From NCBI RefSeq assembly GCF_030144855.1, contig NC_082712.1:90334001-90398000 (forward strand): 64,000 nucleotides of DNA, given 5' to 3'. This document shows positions 60,439 to 64,000 of the stretch, piece by piece. The translations under genes were made by a program, and so were the position numbers. This DNA comes from Hypanus sabinus. Its lineage: Eukaryota. The notes under the pieces were generated by a model that ran no database searches, had not been told where the DNA came from, and saw only the letters and a list, made by a program, of their open reading frames with translations. Within the stretch, counting starts at the first letter, position 1. Every line of letters starts with the position of its first letter.

Positions 60439-61952
60439 CAGCGGCATGCAAAAGCTTGGGCACCTCTGGACAAAATTTCTGTTACTGTGAATGGTTAAGT
60501 GAGTAGAAGATGAACTGATCTCCAAAAGTCATAAAGTTAAAGATGAAACATTCTTTTCAACATTTTAAGCAAGATTAGTGTATTATTTTTGTTTTGTACA
60601 ATTTTAGAGTGCAAAAAAAGGATCACCGTGCAAAAGTTTGGGCATCCCAAGAGATTTGAGCTCTCAGATAACTTTTACCAAGGTCTCAGACCTTAATTAG
60701 CTTGTTAGGGCTATGGCTTGTTCACAGTCATTGTTAGGAAAGGCCAGGTGATGCAAATTTCAAAGCTTTATAAATACCCTGACTCCTCAAACCTTGTCCC
60801 AACAATCCGCAGCCATGGGCTCCTCTAAGCAGCTGCCTAGCACTCTAAAAATTAAAATAAATGATGCCCACAAAGCGGGAGAAGGCTATAAGAAGATAGC
60901 AAAGCGTTTTCAGGTAGCCGTTTCCTCAGTCTGTAATGTAATTAAGAAATGGCAGTTAACAGGAACGGTGGAGGTCAAGTTGAGGTCAGGAAGACCAAGA
61001 AGACTTTCTGAGAGAACTGCTTGTAGGATTGCTAGAAAGGCAAATCAAAACCCCCGTTTGGCTGCAAAAGACCTTCAGGAAGATTTAGCAGACTCTGGAG
61101 TGGTGGTGCACTGTTCTACTGTGCAGCGACACCTGCACAAATATGACCTTCATGGAAGAGTCATCAGAAGAAAACCTTTCCTGCGTCCTCACCACAAAAT
61201 TCAACGTCAGAAGTTTGCAAAGGAACATCAAACAAGCCTGAAGCATTTTGGAAACAAGTCCGGTGGACCGATGAAGTTAAAATAGAACTTTTTGGCCGCA
61301 ATGAGCAAAGGTATGTTTGGAGAAAAAAGGTGCAGAATTTCATGAAAAGAACACCTCTCCAACTGTTAAGCACGGGGGTGGATTGATCATGCATTGGGCT
61401 TGTGTTGCAGCCAGTGGCACGGGGAACATTTCACTGGTAGAGGGAAGAATTAATTCAATTAAATACCAGCAAATTCCAGAAGGAAACATCACACCATCTG
61501 TAAAAAGGCTGAAGATGAAAAGAGGATGGCTTCTACAACAGGATAGTGATTTTAAACACACCTCAAAATCCACAATGGACTACCTCAAGAGGCACAAGCT
61601 GAAGGTTTTGCCATGGCCCTCACAGTCCCCTGACCTAAACATCATTGAAAATCTGTGGATAGACCTCAAAGGAGCAGTGCATGCAAGATAGCCCAAGAAT
61701 CTCACTGAACTAGAAGCCTTTTGCAAGGAAGAATGGGTGAAAATCCCCCAAACAAGAATTGAAAGACTCTTAGCTGGCTACAGAAAGTGTTTACAAGCTG
61801 TGATACTTGCCAAAGGGGGAGTTACTAAGTACTGACCATGCAGGGCGCCCAAACTTTTGCTTCGGGCCCTTTTCCTTTTTTTGTTATTTTGAGACTGTAA
61901 AAGATGGGAATAAAATAAATAATCTTGCTTAAAATATTAAAGAAATGTGTCA
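60439..61952 (+). mobile_element. Tc1 DNA transposon with an inactivated transposase (60815-61835)
   Basis: TA|cagcggcatgcaaaag TIR, paired-like HTH with GRPR, D (WTDE), D (QQD), E (NIIENLW). Two frameshifts, one stop, right TIR truncated. Confidence 0.93.
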
Positions 61953-64000
61953 ACATGTTCCATCATCCCTACCGGAGACCGTGTCCTCCCACCCATCAGG
62001 TAAGACCACGACAGGCACACGTAGTTCACCACACATACCATCTGCATCTTGTGGGGGGTTGGGAGGTCACACCATTGGCCAGAAACTCAAGCAGACCTAC
62101 AGGAGCAGGACCAAGGTTGGGGATCCTGTGGGCAGGGTACCTCCTTACACCCCAAGACCTTTCCCGCCATCTACAAAACACCAGTCAGGAGTACAACAGG
62201 ACACGTTCCACCCGCCTGGGTCAGTGTGATTCCAGCGGGTCTCGAGAGGCTCGATGCTGTCCAGCCTTCCCCCTTGTCTGAGGCCCCATCCACCCTGTAG
62301 ACACTCCCCCCCCCCACCGTGTCTACAAGATGCCCCATGGTTGGTCCCCCCAGCTACTTGAGCAGCCCCTCTCAAAACCCTCACCTCTCTGCCGGTCCCA
62401 TGCCGTTCCGATTGGGAAATATTTCATTCTTCCTTCACCGTCACTGGCTCCAAATCGTGGATCACCCTCTCCGACGGCACCGTGAAAGGCCCTTCAGCAG
62501 AAGGCAGCTTACACCCACCCTTCGAATGGTCCTGAAATATGGCCAGTCATACAGCACTACGGCTCAGTGGCCCTTTGGCCCGCCTAGTTCATGCTGACCT
62601 GCTTTTTCAGTCCGGTCACATCTATCTGTGCACGCACACAATAGCTCTCCATAACACTCTTACCCCTGTACCTAACCAAGCTCCCCTTAAATGTTGCAAT
62701 TGAGCCTGCATTCACAACTCCTGTTTGCTGCACTCTCACCACCCTCTGAGTTCCTGCTCAGGTTCCCTTAAATATTTCACCTTTCAACCTAATCCTGTAA
62801 TTTCCAGTTCTTGTGTTAACAAGCTGAGGTATGTATTTCCCCTGGCAAGTCCTGGCAACATCCTTGTTAGTCTCCTCTGCACTCTGTCAATCTCATTGAT
62901 ACCTTCCTGTAGGTAGGCGACTGGATCTGTGCATAGAACTCCAAATTCAACCTCACCAAAGTCTGATACAACTTCAACATAGCATCCCGACGGGCCACTG
63001 TGCCAAAAAGTTCAAAGTAAATTTATTATCAAAGCACAAACACATCACCATTGAAAGCCTTCTTTATGACTCTATCTACCTGTGATGCCACTTTGATGGA
63101 ATTATGGGTCAATATTCCCAGATTCCTTTGATCGTACTCTGGTTAGACTTACATTGTCCTTGCAAATGAAAAAAAATTGACATTTTTACTTAAGTATCAG
63201 CTTCACATATTACGAGGCATTTTGAGGAAATTGATTCTGACCACAGACGCTGAGTCAACCCACACATGATTCAGAGCACAAAAGCGGTGATTACATAGAT
63301 CTGATAATGTTGCAACGTCTATTGCAGAACCAGATGATGTTTTGATGACCAGGCTTTTTGCCTCCTTCATAATTGCAGGCTCTTGTTAACAAACACCACC
63401 CGGGCTGTGATCCTCAATAGGATCCTTCAAAAGTACTAACTCAGTTTGATACAGAACCACCCACTCCTCCGTATAAGACAGACCTTAATGGTTATACCAT
63501 TTCCTCAGGGAAAGACTCTTAGCAGACACTTCTCGATGATGCATTTCACTCTGAGGGTCTGAAAGTCGACTGTTTATTCTGTCCCTACCATCCATCAGGG
63601 ACTTTTATCAGGAGCACTCCTTACACAGGGCCCTTAGTTATTAGTAAGGATCCCACCCATCCATCCAGCATCCTCTTTGACTTTCTACCATCAGGCAAGA
63701 GACTCCAATGCATCAAGACAAGAACGGTCAGGATGGGAAACAAATTCTTCCCTCAGGTCATTAGGCTTCTCAACTCCCTGCAGCAATGCATGTGGGATAA
63801 TTTATACTGTACCCTACTTTATGCACTTTACTTTGTTCATCAGTGCATAATAAACTTGAAGATTTAACTCTTACTTTCCCATGTTATCATGTTGTAAGTG
63901 TGTTATGTGTACTACTGTGCTTTAGTGCACTGCATAAAAAAAGTTCGAGAACCCCTGATCTACAGGTTTGAAGATGACACCACTGTCATCGGATAAAATG

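Noticed and set aside
60815-61835. Active Tc1 transposase
   Set aside because: Two frameshifts, a premature stop and a truncated right TIR.

Overview
Vertebrate genomic DNA. The repeat landscape (CR1, Rex1, RTE, L1/Tx1, Tc1, hAT, SINEs) points to a cartilaginous fish, probably a ray (inference). Most six-frame ORFs are transposon fragments or satellite artefacts. Reading splice sites directly gives one apparently intact plus-strand immunoglobulin-superfamily receptor gene of 462 aa: leader 34655-34703, V1 36589-36945, V2 38312-38683, V3 41773-42132, stalk 43087-43140, TM/cytoplasmic 49544-49740. All introns are phase 1, and the three tandem VJ-type V domains resemble the CD28/TMIGD2/NKp30 family. 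Head-to-head with it on the minus strand lies a decayed mirror-image paralog: a leader with a probable lost start codon (32191-32284), a SINE-interrupted V-like exon (29687-29844), a pseudo-V2 (25509-25861), an intact V3 copy (17143-17502), a possible stalk (13649-13724) and a TM exon with a nonsense codon (3119-3214). The two V3 exons are ~94% identical while their flanking introns and V2 exons are much more diverged, which suggests exon-restricted gene conversion. Other features are a ~4.2 kb 41-bp minisatellite apparently derived from a CR1 segment, a CTCF-like site and candidate enhancer between the two genes, nested transposon stacks, a decayed Tc1 transposase and a 138-N gap. All calls are manual readings; no database searches were run.
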